Shown: positions 14,251 to 28,650 of the stretch, piece by piece
Layout of the letters: each line of letters starts with the position of its first letter
Position numbering within the stretch: the stretch's first letter is position 1
Source of the DNA: Chrysomallon squamiferum
Taxonomy: Eukaryota > Animalia > Mollusca
Length of the DNA stretch: 64,000 nucleotides
Reading direction: 5' to 3'
Assembly: GCA_012295275.1 (NCBI GenBank)
Contig: CM022669.1
Coordinates: 5,332,001-5,396,000, forward strand
Notes under the pieces: model-generated
What the model saw: the letters and a program-made list of their open reading frames with translations, nothing else
Databases searched by the model: none
Told to the model about the DNA's origin: nothing
Position numbers and translations under genes: made by a program

Positions 14251-16368
14251 TCTTTCTTGAGTCTCACATGTACAGCAAAAAAAAAAAAAAAAAAAAAAGA
14301 AATTGTTAATATTATTTTTTTTTTTTTTTTTGGTTTATCATTTGTTCATATTGTTTGCTACATTTTTTTTTTTTCAGTCCATCAGAATGTTTTATAATTT
14401 ATCAGCAGCAATTTTTTACATGTTATTTATTTTTTAAGTAACAAATAATTTGTTTGTGAATTGCTCTGTTGGTTGCTTAACATGAAGTTTCATTAGTTTT
14501 GTTTTTGTTTTCATTTCTTATTTACATTGTTACAATTATTAATTTAATTTCAAAACTATAAAAGTCAAGATTTTTTAATTGCACATATTTGACCCTTTAA
14601 TATTTATGATAAGTGAACAGTTGTCTGTTATCACAGAAGGTGCATAAAGAATCATGCTTCTTTTGAAATATAGAACAGGCCACTGTATTTTAGATGCTAT
14701 TTCATTGTATGTTAATAAATATGTGGTGAAATAATGTTCACATATAGAACCAATCATAATGTATTGCAACACAAAATCTTTGGATTTTCTAATTCTGAAA
14801 ATAAATGGCAAACAGTTGGAAAAAAGAGAATGATGTTTAGAAAATAATTATTTTAAACAAACTTTTTTTTCTTGTTGCATATGATTTTAAATTTTACCAC
14901 TTCTGTATGTGTATGTACTTTCAGTAAACATTATCTCTATAGTTTATGTGAAATGCATCCTCCCTATTTGAACAATACACGTTATGGGTGGAATGTATGA
15001 ACAAGATAATTACACATTGTTCTTAATAGATTAAAATATTTTTCATTACAGTTATTGTTGTAAGTATTTTTTTTTTTTTTTTTTTTTTTTTACTCGCTGT
15101 ACCTAATGTGAAAGGTATAAATAAGTTACGCATTCCTATTTTGTTAACCGATTTCATTTTATAATGTTTTTAAATGTTGTTATGATGAAAAAGATCATAA
15201 GAGAGAAAAGATGGCAAATAGTTAATAAATGTTATTATTGTAATTTTTTTTTTTTTTTTTTTTGTTTTACAAGTGTTTCATCACTCAGTTTTGTTTTATT
15301 GCTTTTTAAATTTTGTGCTTTTTTAGTTTTTATTCCATGGGGTATTACAACAGAACGCAACTCTAGGAGTTTTTAAAGTGCCATATGTCATTAATATATG
15401 TAAACCTAGAATGGTAAGTCATTTTGTGATCAGCTTGTTAACAAAATTCCATTTTAAACATAACTTTTTGTTCATCCTTCAGACTGTAACCCACAGTTAA
15501 ACAAACAGTTGAACAGTTAAAAATAATGTTTCTTTGCATTTTCTAAATTTACAAAAATACAGATTTCATTAACATTCTCAAGAAGAATGTGTCTTTACAA
15601 TTAGAAGTTGCACATACTTTTATTATTATTACTGTGTGTGTGTGTGTGTGTGTGAGTCTGTGTTCGATTTTTAAAACACAAATTAGAATCTGATCTAGTA
15701 TTTCATCAGACAGATTATATGCCTTCATTAGATTATTAAAAATGGCATTAAAAAAAAAAAAGGATGTTAATTAAAAAAACGAAACCAGCAAAAAAAAAGA
15801 ATATTCTTAATAAAAAAACAAATCTTCATTTAAATTTGTTACTGTATGTGCGCACAAAATTAACAAATATATTTTATGTTCTGTGTAGTTAACAGTTAAC
15901 CAGAAGCTTGATTAGAATTAGTTATTGAACAATAATGATTGACCAGATGATTTGTGTGTATTACTTTTTGGAGGGGGTTGGTGTTTTTTTTTGTTTAAAT
16001 GTTTTTATTATTATTATTTCTTATAAATACATTTTTGGACATCTCTACCACCAGTGTTGAAAGCAGGACAGTATCTGTGCTTTAAAGCTTGTATTTCGTA
16101 ATTTAATGTAACTTTTCATGACGTCAAAATGCAATCTATACAAGATGAATAAGGAATTTACTGCAATGTTAATATATTTTATTTTATTTGCTGCCCAATA
16201 CTTGGTGCATTTTGGAGGCTGGCATTTTTATAAAGATTCTTTCATTTGTTGTTGTAATTTGGCAAAAAATCGAGAACACAGTACAGAATGACTACACTTT
16301 TTAAAAAATGTACATGGTTTGCTTTGACATTTAGTTTCAATAGCATTAATTATGTCATAAAATTGACA

Positions 16369-16402
<34 letters not shown>

Positions 16403-18030
16403 GTGTTCATTTTTAAAATTTATTGTTATTATTCATAATGAATATTTATATCTGTCTGTTGATTTACAGTGTTGTGTCAGCTGGTGAATTAAAGTGTATA
16501 AAAACAAATTTATATTTTTTACCTGCAACTGTAATTCTTATGTTCCTGGTCACACATTTTATGGTGATTGGAAATGTTGGAAAATGTTGATGTGATTATT
16601 TTTTATGGGTGGGGTGCAGAATGATTTGAAAATATTCATCTATCTAATCTGATACATATTTATTAATATTTAAAAAATGTTTTTGTATTATTTATATATT
16701 TTTTTTATATGAATAAGTGTCAAGATTTGATTAAAACTGGGAGAGAAACCTAACCATGTTCCCTTTAGAAATTCTTATCATTTTATACAAATAATATTGA
16801 GATTCTAAAACACAAATACAACATTATAAGTGTATTATGTAATGGTAACTAAAAATTCTAAAATCTATTACTAGAAGAATAACCAATAACTGAATATAAA
16901 TCATTTTGTTTTGATACTCGTACATCAACTGATTTTCAGAAGTGAATATATTGTTTTTAACAGACGTTAGTTTGTTAGTTAATTAGGAAATTAAAAAATT
17001 AATAATTGCTAGTGAAAATTATCAGTGTTGATGTTACTACTCTTAACAAGATATTAACAACTGTTTTGTTTGTTTCTGTGATCATGTATATAGGGTTTAA
17101 CATGGTGAAGGAACTGTATGTTATTTAATGATGCATCACAGTACATATTTATTTCATTTTCTTCACAAAGATTTGCTACAGTTTCAAAACCTGTACATAA
17201 AAATGATTGTTGTTAATTTTCTGAGTGCTATTCCACTCAGCTGGCATTGAAAGTTGCAGTATGTTTCACATAGTTTAAAACAGGAGAAATATTTTCTGTC
17301 TCTAATCATACTAAAAATTGTATTTATTAATTACAAAATATGATGATTATTAACAAACAAATAACATTGGGAATCTGGTAAGTTACTTCTGTGCAATAAG
17401 TAAATAAATAATAGAAAGATTTAATTACTTTTTGTCTGAGAGTTGGTTGAGGAGAACTGTAAATATTTAAATTTATTAGAATTATTTTTCTGTTTGGATT
17501 TGTCCTTGAGAAGTAAAGATGACTAACCAGGTACATTTTTTATTTATTTACTTTTTATTTTTATTTTTTCTCATTTGAATTAATATAACATCTACTTTTA
17601 AAACATTTTCTGGACTATGCATCTTAGAAACATCTGATCTGTCAAGTTTTTGGGGTTTTACAATATATATATATATATATGTTATTTATTTATTTTTATT
17701 TTTATTTATTTTTTTTTTTTTTTTTTCCCTCAATAATTGAATATTTTTAACATGGATCAGTGTTTATCATGTTTATATAATTATATATAAATATATAAAT
17801 ATATATAAAAACCAGTATGGGAGAAGCTTAATAACATGTATGTTGTTTCTTATTTGGTATTAGCCTGTCAAATGTCATTGTTACTGTTTGAATAATAAAC
17901 CGAGATTGTGTGTGCGTGTATGTGTGTGACTGGACAGTCATTCATTTCTGTAGTCGTGTATTTTCTCACCTAACATTACTACTTGTCAAACAGTGTAACC
18001 AAATAAAATGAACTGTATCATAACTGTTGT
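14160..18030 (+). other. Putative ~3.9-kb 3' UTR of the ARNT-like gene
   Basis: U-rich, ORF-poor sequence after the TGA, with AATAAA at 18002-18007 followed by GT/T-rich downstream elements (TGTTGTTT, TTGTTTCTTGTTTG). Earlier AATAAA hexamers exist (e.g. ~14195, ~17894), so the end is uncertain. Confidence 0.35.
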
Positions 18031-18451
18031 TTATAAAACCTTGTTTCTTGTTTGTTTTGTCAGTTTTCAAAGACAGTTAAAAAAAAATTAATTAAAAAAA
18101 TTAAGAACTGTAGTAATTTTGCCACAAAGTTACTCTTCAGATATTCATATTATACAACTAAATTAGAAAAAAAAAAAAAAAAAAAAAAGGAAAAATATTA
18201 GATATGAAAGCTTATCTTTCACCTATTTTTCTTAGGCTTTTTAATTATTATTATTATAAAGACTTGTACATAATGAATTGATTATGTTTAAGACAGGAAA
18301 ATGGTAATGTATGTAACACACTTTATTTTATTATGAAAGCTACTGTTTAGGTCCCAAACAATCACTGGGAAAACGATATCCTCTATAAATATCTGGACGG
18401 GTGGTTGTTTTTTTTTTTTTTTTTTTAAATTTAAAATGTATATCTGTGTCA

Positions 18452-18615
18452 AAAAGAAAACATGCAATGGGATTATTGTTTAAATATCACGACTTGTAAT
18501 ATTATAAGAACACGATCTTTTTGTGGACTGGTTAAAAATAACATGCAACTGCAACTTGCCACAAAAATGACATGTCCGTTTACTAGTTAAATTGATCCTA
18601 CTTTCTGGTCCAGAC

Positions 18616-18620
<5 letters not shown>
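18452..18620 (+). repeat. ~170-bp dispersed repeat, copy 1 (copy 2 at ~21964-22130)
   Basis: Shared blocks ATTGTTTAAATA.CACGACTTGTAATAT, GGACTGGTTAA, AAAAATGACATGTCCGTTT and TTAAATTGATCCTACTTTC.GGTCCAGA. Confidence 0.85.
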
Positions 18621-18666
<46 letters not shown>

Positions 18667-19309
18667 TTCCATTCTTTAATTTAAAATGAATATGTTAAGT
18701 TTTTCAAACAAAAAATTCACTGGATAGAAACTTGTTAATGTGCAGACGTACACAGTTTAACACTTCGTCCATTGACAGGTGACGCGGAAAACGCTGATTG
18801 TGGTATCACTTTATCCGTGGACCATTTGCTCAGCAAGAAAACAAACGCCGACAGAGAGTCTTTAGCTGTCGTCTCGCCGGCAAGTATGAAACGTCCTTTT
18901 TTTTTCAAAGAAATGCGATGTGACCGGAAACGGTGAAACGACTATTATCGCATCTAGCGCGCATTACGTCACACAGAACGGGAAGCAAGGTGTTGATGGC
19001 AGTCGCGCGTTAGATGCTACTTTTTAAGTAATTTGTGTCACATTTTCTAGAGCCTTTGCGTTAGTGTCGAGTCCGCTGCCTGCTCAGATACCCCAGGGGT
19101 GCCGTCTTGTGTGAAAACACTTGTAGAATAAATAACCAGTTTATTCGTCATTAACACAGCTACTGGCGACAAGCACTTGAAAAACTTGTTGTCTTTTTAG
19201 TTGCCATTTATGTATTATTATTATTATTATTATTAGTAGTAGTAGTAGTAGTATTATAAACGGTTTTTAGATTTTAAAAAGTACAAATAATAAATAACAT
19301 TATTACTAC

Positions 19310-19357
<48 letters not shown>

Positions 19358-20839
19358 ATAGTTGTTAAATAAAAAACATACATAAAAATAAAAAATAAGG
19401 ACATAGTCGACGGAACTTAATCAGATGCTCTTAAATTATCATAAACTGAGCAATAATTTTTTTTTAGTAAATGTACATTCTGTGTATTGTTGAAGTGTGT
19501 GTATATGTGTGTGTGTTTGATAGAGCTTTCGTCGTCGAAGGCTGAATGATGAAAACAAGATACCAGGTCATTGGTCTGATTACTTTTCAAACGGTTATCT
19601 TTCGAAGAGTTCGATGACTTTCTCCTGTGTATTAATCCAGTCAACAGTAGCACCTGGAAGTTAAAAAAGAAGAAGGTAGAGCTTGCTTCATATTTACACT
19701 CATCAGAACCCCAAAACTAATGTTGTTGTGGAGAGTATACGTTGTTAATAAAAGTGAATACGTGATTACACTAAAGAAAGAAAAAATAAGAAATAATAAT
19801 AATTCTTCGGTTATGTTTCCGTCATTTTCAGTTTTTGTCCGAAACATGCACAGGCTTAGGCTATTTTTCATTTCTAACTTCAGAAAAATATAAAGTTATT
19901 AAAAAAAACAACAACAAAACAACCAAAACAATTATTTATTTTAGAAATCATTAAAAAAAAAAAAAAAGAAAAAAAAAAGTGGTTTTAATTTGTGTATATT
20001 TTTCTGTGTGTGTGTGTGTGTGTGTGTTTAAAATATAAAATGAAAATCCGCTGACAACTTTACATCGATTAATAATCAAAAATCTTTCAAGCACATCTTC
20101 CCCCAAACGAGAAAGAAAGAATCGAGCCTTTGATTACCGAGTCATGGGGCACAGGTTGGTTCTGCCGTAACAGTTTGCTTGGCAACCTAAGACCGAGCTA
20201 GAGCCAGCTCTTTCTTACTAAGTGTTCTTTCTTTCCAGATGTAATTATTAAATAAAAGAATAACTGCACACACAAATAACCGAATACTCTACTTATTTAT
20301 CTTTTTTATTTTATTTTTTTTTTTTTTTATTTAATTATTTTATTTTTATTTATTTGCTAACTTTATTCATTTTATTTTTATTTTTATTTATTTTATCTTT
20401 ATTCATTTTATTTATTTTTATTTATTTTATTATTATATATATATATATTTAATTTATTTATTTTTATTTTTTTTTTTAATGCAAAAAACAGTTTTAACCA
20501 GAAATGGAATAATTAATGCATAATCACAATAAATAATATTTTAAGTGTATTTATGCGCGAGGGCTTAAAGGTACAATGAACTCTGAATTTAGCGAACGTG
20601 AAAATGAAAGGCGATTCTCTTCCCACAACAACCTGTAGTTATCACACGGTCCTGTTTATAACGGGGATAATTAACTTTTAATTCAGCTGAATGTTCAGCT
20701 AATTACTCTGTTTAGCGGGTTCCTACCTTCCCATGGCTGTCAAGATTTGTTATTTCGAAGAACAAAGGTGCGTTATGCAAATACATCATAAAAAGTGGTG
20801 ATAGTTTGTTATATTGCTATGCTTTTATTTATTTATTTC

Positions 20840-20957
<118 letters not shown>

Positions 20958-21359
20958 ATTACAATTTTAATACTGAATATGACAGCCTTCATACTTGTAA
21001 TGTCATAATACTCTAAAAATCGTAATCTGTGATAAAATGTAAGATAATTCTGCGTTTGACAGAAGGAACCTAGTTCAAGTCGGCATTGTTTCGGTGAAAT
21101 TCAAACACATAAATAGATTCATGGCGGAAACAGATTTAGGGACGCTAAATGTCTGGATTGCCTCTTGTTACCAGGTGATTCACAACGGAACAAAGCTTCG
21201 TAACATTACCGAGCTTTGACGACTGGCGAAATTATTATCATACGATATGAAATACTTAAATATCTGTGAAATAAAACAGTTATATGAAGGGAAAAATCGA
21301 AACTGTTTCCATGCGTGTTTTAATTATTCTCACTATGTTAAGAAATAAATAGTTAAGAC

Positions 21360-21860
21360 CACTGGTTTGTTAAAAAACAAAACGTAGCTAGGCGTATCAT
21401 TTGTAAATGGTAACGCCCGGCATGTACCCCACAGTCTCACCCTTTTTTCTTTTTACTGGCAAGTTCAGTGATACGTTGTACACCCAGAATCAGGGATTTT
21501 CCATGTCGTTAATGATTACTGAGTATTAAACAAACTTTTGTTCTTTTGAAATGCGAATTCCATGTTAAAAAAAACCCCGAATACTAAGAAAAATAAAACA
21601 GTTTCTACAAATATGTTCTATGTTACATTTGAAGTTAATATTCTTCGTTCCACAAACATTTAACAAGGTGTGGCAATATGTGCTAAAATAATTCTGGAAT
21701 AATTATCTATATTTTGGCGGTTTATGGGCTGCCGAAAAATGGAGACATAGACGGATAATAAATATTCGATGTAAAAGAATAGTTTTAATTTTCACAGACG
21801 TACTAATGAACAATAGAGCATTTCCGACGAAGCCTTGCTTATGTAGTGAAAAAAAACAAA
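21360..21860 (-). repeat. Diverged spacer fragment of the FoxQ2 repeat unit at the array edge
   Basis: TAAAAAACAAAACGTAGCTA..., TTTGAAATGCGAATT, CAAGGTGTGGCA, ATATTTTGGCGGTTTATGGGCTGCCGAAAAA and GACGAAGCCTTGCTTAT are collinear with the spacer at 26930-27370, with more mismatches. Confidence 0.8.
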
Positions 21861-21963
21861 GCCATATTTAACAAAAATAAATTAAAACACATCTATGAAG
21901 CATGTCATTTTTTGTTTTTTTGTTTTTTTAAATTAAAGATATATATATATATATATATATGAC

Positions 21964-22130
21964 AAAGGAAAATATGCAATGAAACTATTGTTTAAATACC
22001 ACGACTTGTAATATGATAAAAAAAAAATGATATCTTTGAGGACTGGTTAAGAATAACATGCAACTTGCCATAAAAATGACATGTCCGTTTTCTAATTAAA
22101 TTGATCCTACTTTCAGGTCCAGATTTTATT
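21964..22130 (+). repeat. ~170-bp dispersed repeat, copy 2
   Basis: Direct-orientation match to 18452-18620. Confidence 0.85.
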
Positions 22131-22390
22131 TATTTGTTTGTTTGTTTATTTATTTATTTATTTATTAATAGAAAATAAATGGTTGGCTACTTGTAATATT
22201 TTCTATACTGCATCATGTCAGTGAAAACACATTTATATTTTTTTAAAGTAATATCAAATTTTATATCTTTATCTGAAACGTTATTTATTTTACAACTAGA
22301 AAACTGGAATAGTCTTTGATGGAACAGGTGTCTTTTGGTCTTACTTTTTACAGGTATCTCGGCAACGCTGTTCAGTGAACCCGGAAAGAT

Positions 22391-22563
<173 letters not shown>

Positions 22564-25500
22564 TAATTATAGACTTACAAAATATAAATGGCAGTATGTT
22601 TGCCATGTATAACTGCTTTTCTCTTTGTATATATCCATCTGTGTTGTGTGTGTGTGTGTGTGTGTCTTTGTTAATATTTTTGTTGTTATTTTGATTTCAT
22701 CTCTCTCTGTTATTTTAGTTTTTAAATTTGTTGTTGTTTAGATCAATTATAGAGATATGAAGTTTGTATTGACAGACTTTCCAAACAATACTTGAAAATT
22801 TAATATTTTGTATAGCATACTGCACTTGTAATAAATACAGATAAAAATGGCGAATTGACGTCAATGCTGCAGTATGAATAGATTTTCAATTCTACACGTT
22901 TATTTAAATGAATTACTTAAATAATTGTGTCATACCGTTACTATTTTATCAACAATTTAAAGAATTAATTATTATGTTAAAAAACCAACAAAAAGAAAAC
23001 AACATTTAAAATGAATTGTGTTTAAAAAATGAATTTGTCTAAATAATAAACACAGCTACAATTCTTAATGAAAAGAAAAACCAACAAAAAAGAAAAACAT
23101 CAAAGAAAAATCTGTTTCACAAGAAAGGGAAATTAATAAAAGTGATGATGATTACGAATTGCAGAGATTATAATTATATTTTTAATATTTTACAATATTT
23201 TATTATTGTTATTTTTTTTAAGAAAAAGAAGAAAACATTTTAAAATTGGTATTGCTAAATATAAGATTCAAAACTGAATGATTTACAAGATATTCTATTA
23301 AAAATTTCAAATTAAAAATAAATTTCTGTATACTCGTACACTGAATTACAATGAAAATTTCAAACAGGTGAAATATAAACAGGTGAAATATAAAACGCAC
23401 AAAAACATCGACAAAACTAACTTCCTCGTTTCAACACTAAAGCTAGACATGGAATACGTTTCCAGGCAACTGAATGAAACTGGCCATACAACTTTCACAG
23501 TTATTTATTGTTGTGAAAAGGTGCGGTTTGAGTGAATGTTCTTGTTACCATTTCATTTTATTATTTTCCTATTTTTCTTTCTCTTTTATTCAAGGAAAAA
23601 TACATTTGAATAGCAGCCTATCTAACACATGAAATATAGATTTGTCCTTCGTTTTTGTACATACTTACACTCATACAAACATTCTAATATACACATAAAT
23701 ATATATACACATACTTATTTACTTACATACACACATACATGCATTCAAACACACATACAGATACATACATAAATATTTTGAGAAATATATATATATGCAA
23801 TGTGTTTGTCTGTGAATGTCTGTGTGTATGTATGTATGTTTATATATATATATATATTGCTGTAACAAGGTACTGTATGATATCTTTCATGACATAATAA
23901 AATCATCGTTAATTAGTCTGAGTTAAAAGTTTCTACCTGTTCTAATTAACTGGTGCCAATGTTCCCACGCATGTCAGAAGAACAAACACAGGTGCTTATA
24001 CATCTACTCAGAATTCAGATCCTATTAAAAGAAGTAGTAACTGTACTTGTAGTGGTGGAGATGGTAGTAGAAGTTTTTTTTTATTTTTTGTTTTAGCAAA
24101 TATAACAAAGGTAGCAGTTTTAGTAGTAATAGTAGTCGTAGCAATAGCAGTTCTAATAGCAGCAGCGGTAGCAATAATACCAGTACGAGCTGTAATGCTA
24201 GTAGTTTTAATATTACTAGTAATAGAAGTAATACTAGTAATAGTAGTATAGTAGAATCAGCATCAGTGGTAGTATTAGTAGTACTAGTAGTAGTAGTAAT
24301 AGTAACAGTAGTAGTAAAAACAGCAGCAATAACCGTTGATGTTGTAAGAGCTCATTTTTGAATGAATGGACCAAAGTGCCTTTTTATAAAAATAAAATAA
24401 AAAAATCCCTCAGTAATTACTGCAGTATGTTAACAACAATCTCACCCACAACAGTAGTCGGGACTAAATGTTCCAGATAACACACCTTCGACTATTTTCG
24501 TGTCATGCACATTAATCGCTGCTGGAGACCGTAAATTAAAGATCATTGCCGAATATTAACAGGCTCGAGATGGGCTAATTTGGAACGAAAAGATCAGCAG
24601 TTTCGTTTAACTCCGGCCATTCTAATCTTAGCAGCATTAAACTGATATGTATATATATTGGTTATTTGCTTATTTCTGACCTAAAATAGGGTCTGTGTTA
24701 TTTATTTATTTAACCCAAAATATATCCGTCTAGCAGTTCTTTCGACCTGCAGTTATCCTGCCCAAACAATAAACAATGCTAATCAAATTAGGTTACTTCT
24801 AAAAAAAGCCGGACTTTGTAGGTATAAGCGTTATCAATACGACCATGGCCGAGTATCTATGTTAATAGCGTTTCGCTAATGACGTCACCTCTGACGTCAG
24901 TAGATTGATTCTCTTCCGAAGTCTCTGGGATAAACTAATGCATCTTGTTCTTATTCATGATGTACTTTAATTTGAATAAATGATCGAAAAGAAAAGTGAA
25001 ATAACTGAAAAAGGAAAAAGAAAATACGAGAAAGGAGAAGGAGAAGGAAAAATAACAGCAGAAACGAAAACAATAAAACAAATAAATATAAAATAAAAAT
25101 AAAAATAATAAACTGAAATAAAATGAAATAAAATAAAATAAAACTATTATTGTTATTATTATTTCAATAATAATCACCATCATCATCATTGTCATCGTTA
25201 TTATTATCATCATTATATTTATTATTATTATTTTATCATTATTATTGTAGCCATCACCATCCTTATTATTATCGTGTTGATTAGTTTTATCATAATCGTT
25301 TTATAAATTCATAAATGTGACTTTAAAAAAGTGTAAGAAAGAAATCAGGAACAAACCTTTCTTCATATTTACCTTGCAATTGTATTTCTTATGCAAGTAT
25401 GTATGTATGTATGCATCCGTATGTATACGTATTCGTATATATTGTTGTGTGTGTGTATCTATATAATCATATTTCTATAATAGCTTTTCTATTTATATAT

Positions 25501-25964
25501 ATGTATTGTATATATGTATGTGTTTATTTGTGTAATGTGTGTGTGTGTGTGTGTGTATAAGTGTATGTGTGTGTGTGTATGTGTGGGTGTAAAGATAATA
25601 GCCATATTACTAATACATTCACTTTCACCGAACTGAAAACAGTTATCAAACATAATCTAATAAATAACAAAACCAGTTTTCTTCGTATAAATACTCATTC
25701 TGTGTTTATTAAATAAAATATTCCCTGACAAATAACATTAAGAAATAACAGGAAAAATATTTACAACGTAACAGAGATCAATAACAATAACAAAACAAAA
25801 ATGTGAAATGTTTTCCTTTTCAAAAACAAAAAATATTAATCTCCGATGTCAAAGACTTCACATCAAACACTAACAGTATTAACACTATTGCATGCTAACA
25901 TATCAATGATATTGTATTTATATTAATGGCACAGTGATAAAGTCAAACAATGTTTTGTAAAAAG

Positions 25965-26135
25965 TTAGTAACAAAGCGTGGTATAGGCCTGGCTGACTTG
26001 ACCCATTTCGTTGTACAGACCACAATTCCAATTCTGCTGAGACGGCATCTGTGCAGGTATGTTTATTGGAAGCAGCGACATCTGAGACGACGGCATTTGG
26101 CCTGTGTACAGCATCTGTGCAGGAGCCGAGTAGAT
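25965..26135 (-). pseudogene. foxQ2: FoxQ2 3' remnant (last ~56 codons plus 3' UTR); forkhead domain, start and core promoter deleted
   Basis: Matches the 3' end of the intact copies (...IYSAPAQMLYTGQ...AYTTLCY*) and then joins directly to the (ATT)n tract that normally lies upstream of the promoter. Confidence 0.9.
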
Positions 26136-27530
26136 AATTATTATTATTATTATTATTATTAAATTACTTTTTTTCGTATACTTTATAAGTCGATTCTTTA
26201 GATAAGAGTCTTTGTTTATAAATAAATTGGTTACTTTCTTACTTTTGACCTAAAATACGTCATTTTCCTCTTAATTATTTATTTAATAAAAATACGTCCT
26301 TCTACCAGTCCTTTGTACCTGCAGTAATCAGGATTAAGCCTTCGTTGATAACATTTACCTTGATACTGTATTTTTATTGCATGTATGTATCTGTGCATGT
26401 ACATATGTATGCATGCATACGTATGTATATGTATATGTATATATAAGTGTATGTGTGTTTCTATATAATTATTTTTTGTTTTTCTTTTGTATTTATGTAT
26501 ATTGTATACATGTATTTATGTATATATTATATTACTTTGTTTTTATTTATTTATTTATATATTTATTTTAGATGGATTTTGTAAATGTTATTTTTGTTTA
26601 TTTTTGTTTTCTCTTGTTTAATTCTCCACGTCATATCTGTGACATGTTTTTTGTTTATCACTTGAGCGATATGTTACTGTGTTTACATTTTGTAAGTAAT
26701 GAATGAACAGTGTCATTATTATACAATGAAACTTTATGGGAAGTGAATGGAATTTGCTTCAATTAACATGTTTAGTGAATTATTTCTGGACATGATAGCG
26801 TAAAACTGTAGCAAACAGTATCATTGTTTGGTTCTTATTTCACAAATATGTTTATGAACAACACGGAAAAAGAAACAAACAGTCGTGTTTGCAGCAGTGC
26901 ATCATGGGTATGTTAAGGCTAATGCAAGGTTAAAAAACAAAACGTAGCTAAGCTGATCATTTGTAAAAGTTGATTCATGGCATATACCCACATCCTCACG
27001 CTTTGTCCGTTTTGCTGGCGAGTTCGGCAGAAAATTGAAAGAAGGGACTTGCCTTGTCGTTAATGATTACTAAGGGCTAAATATATTTTGTTCATTTGAA
27101 ATGCGAATTAAAAGTAAAAGATCAAAGGAGTTGTAAGGAAAATAAAACAATTACTACAAACATGTGACATTTGAAGTTAATATTCTTTGTTCCACAAGGT
27201 GTGGCATTATGTGTTTTAATAATTGTGGAATAATTGTCTATATTTTGGCGGTTTATGGGCTGCCGAAAAAAGTAGTCATAATAAATAATCGATTTAAAGA
27301 AATATATGTATTTTTAATTTTCACAGACATACTAATGAACAGTAGAGCAGTTCAGACGAAGCCTTGCTGATATAGTGAGAAAATACATTTTACTACCTGT
27401 TTCTAATTGATAATTTCATAGAATAAACTGCGAAAACTATTTTAATACTAAAATGGCGGATTGACGTACCAACAATTTATGGGCCACGCTGAGGGCACGC
27501 GATATTCTGGGTTTCTGAACCAATAAGTAA

Positions 27531-27580
<50 letters not shown>

Positions 27581-28229
27581 GTATTCTGAACACATTTTTA
27601 AACGGGTGTAATATAAAAAACGCACAAAAATATCGAAAACATTATCTTACTCGTTTCAACACTAAAGCTAGACATAGAATACTGTTCACGGCAACATAAT
27701 GAAACTGGCCATACAGCTTTCACAGTTATTTTTTCTTGTGAAAAGCTGCGGTTTGATAGAATGTCCTTGTTACCATTTCATTTTATTATTTTCCTATATT
27801 TCTTTCTCCTTTATTGAAGGAAAAAATCCTTTTGAATAGCAACCTATCTAAGACATGAAAAATAGATATGTCCTTCGTTTTTGTACATACATATATACAT
27901 ACAAACATTTGAATACACACACACGCACACATATATTAATGAATACAAAAAGAAATAAAAATAAACCTGAGTAATTACTGCAGTATATTTACAACAATCT
28001 AACCCAGAACAGTTGTGAGGACTAAATATTCCAGATAACACACCTTCGGCTATTTTCATGTTAAGCAAATTAATCGCTGCGGTAGATCGTAAAATAAAGA
28101 TCATCGTCGAATATTAACAGGCTTTAGATGTGCTAATTTGGAACGAAAAGATCAGCAGTTTCGTTTAACTCCGGCCATTCCAATCTTAGCCGGATTAAGC
28201 TGATATCTCAAGACATTTAACATTTGTTC

Positions 28230-28263
<34 letters not shown>

Positions 28264-28650
28264 TTATTTATAAACAAAGAGTCTTATCTAAAGAATTGAC
28301 GTATAAAGTATATGGAAAAAGTAATTTAATAATAATAATAATAATAATAGACAAATGCAATGTAAATGAAATGAACGAATAATTATGTATATTTTGCGTA
28401 TGTACATATGTATATGTGCATGCTACAAACTGTGAAAATTTCCACGATCAGCGAATCAGAACTAAGACGTATTCGACCAATCAAAAGAGACGACAAATCA
28501 TTATATAAGGCCGATGTGGCCAAGACACTTCATTTTCAGATTCACTTTTCAAATAATACTTACTGTAATTTCTGCTGCAAGAAAAGATTTAAAAAAGAAA
28601 GAAAGAAACAAGAAGATTTAAGCGTTGAAAAATAAAAAAATAGTCCAGCT

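Noticed and set aside
20127-20134. TCF/LEF site CCTTTGAT, plus scattered GTAAACA Fox sites and TAGGTCA half-sites in the spacers
   Set aside because: Isolated short motifs are expected by chance in 64 kb of AT-rich DNA; no clustering that I can support.
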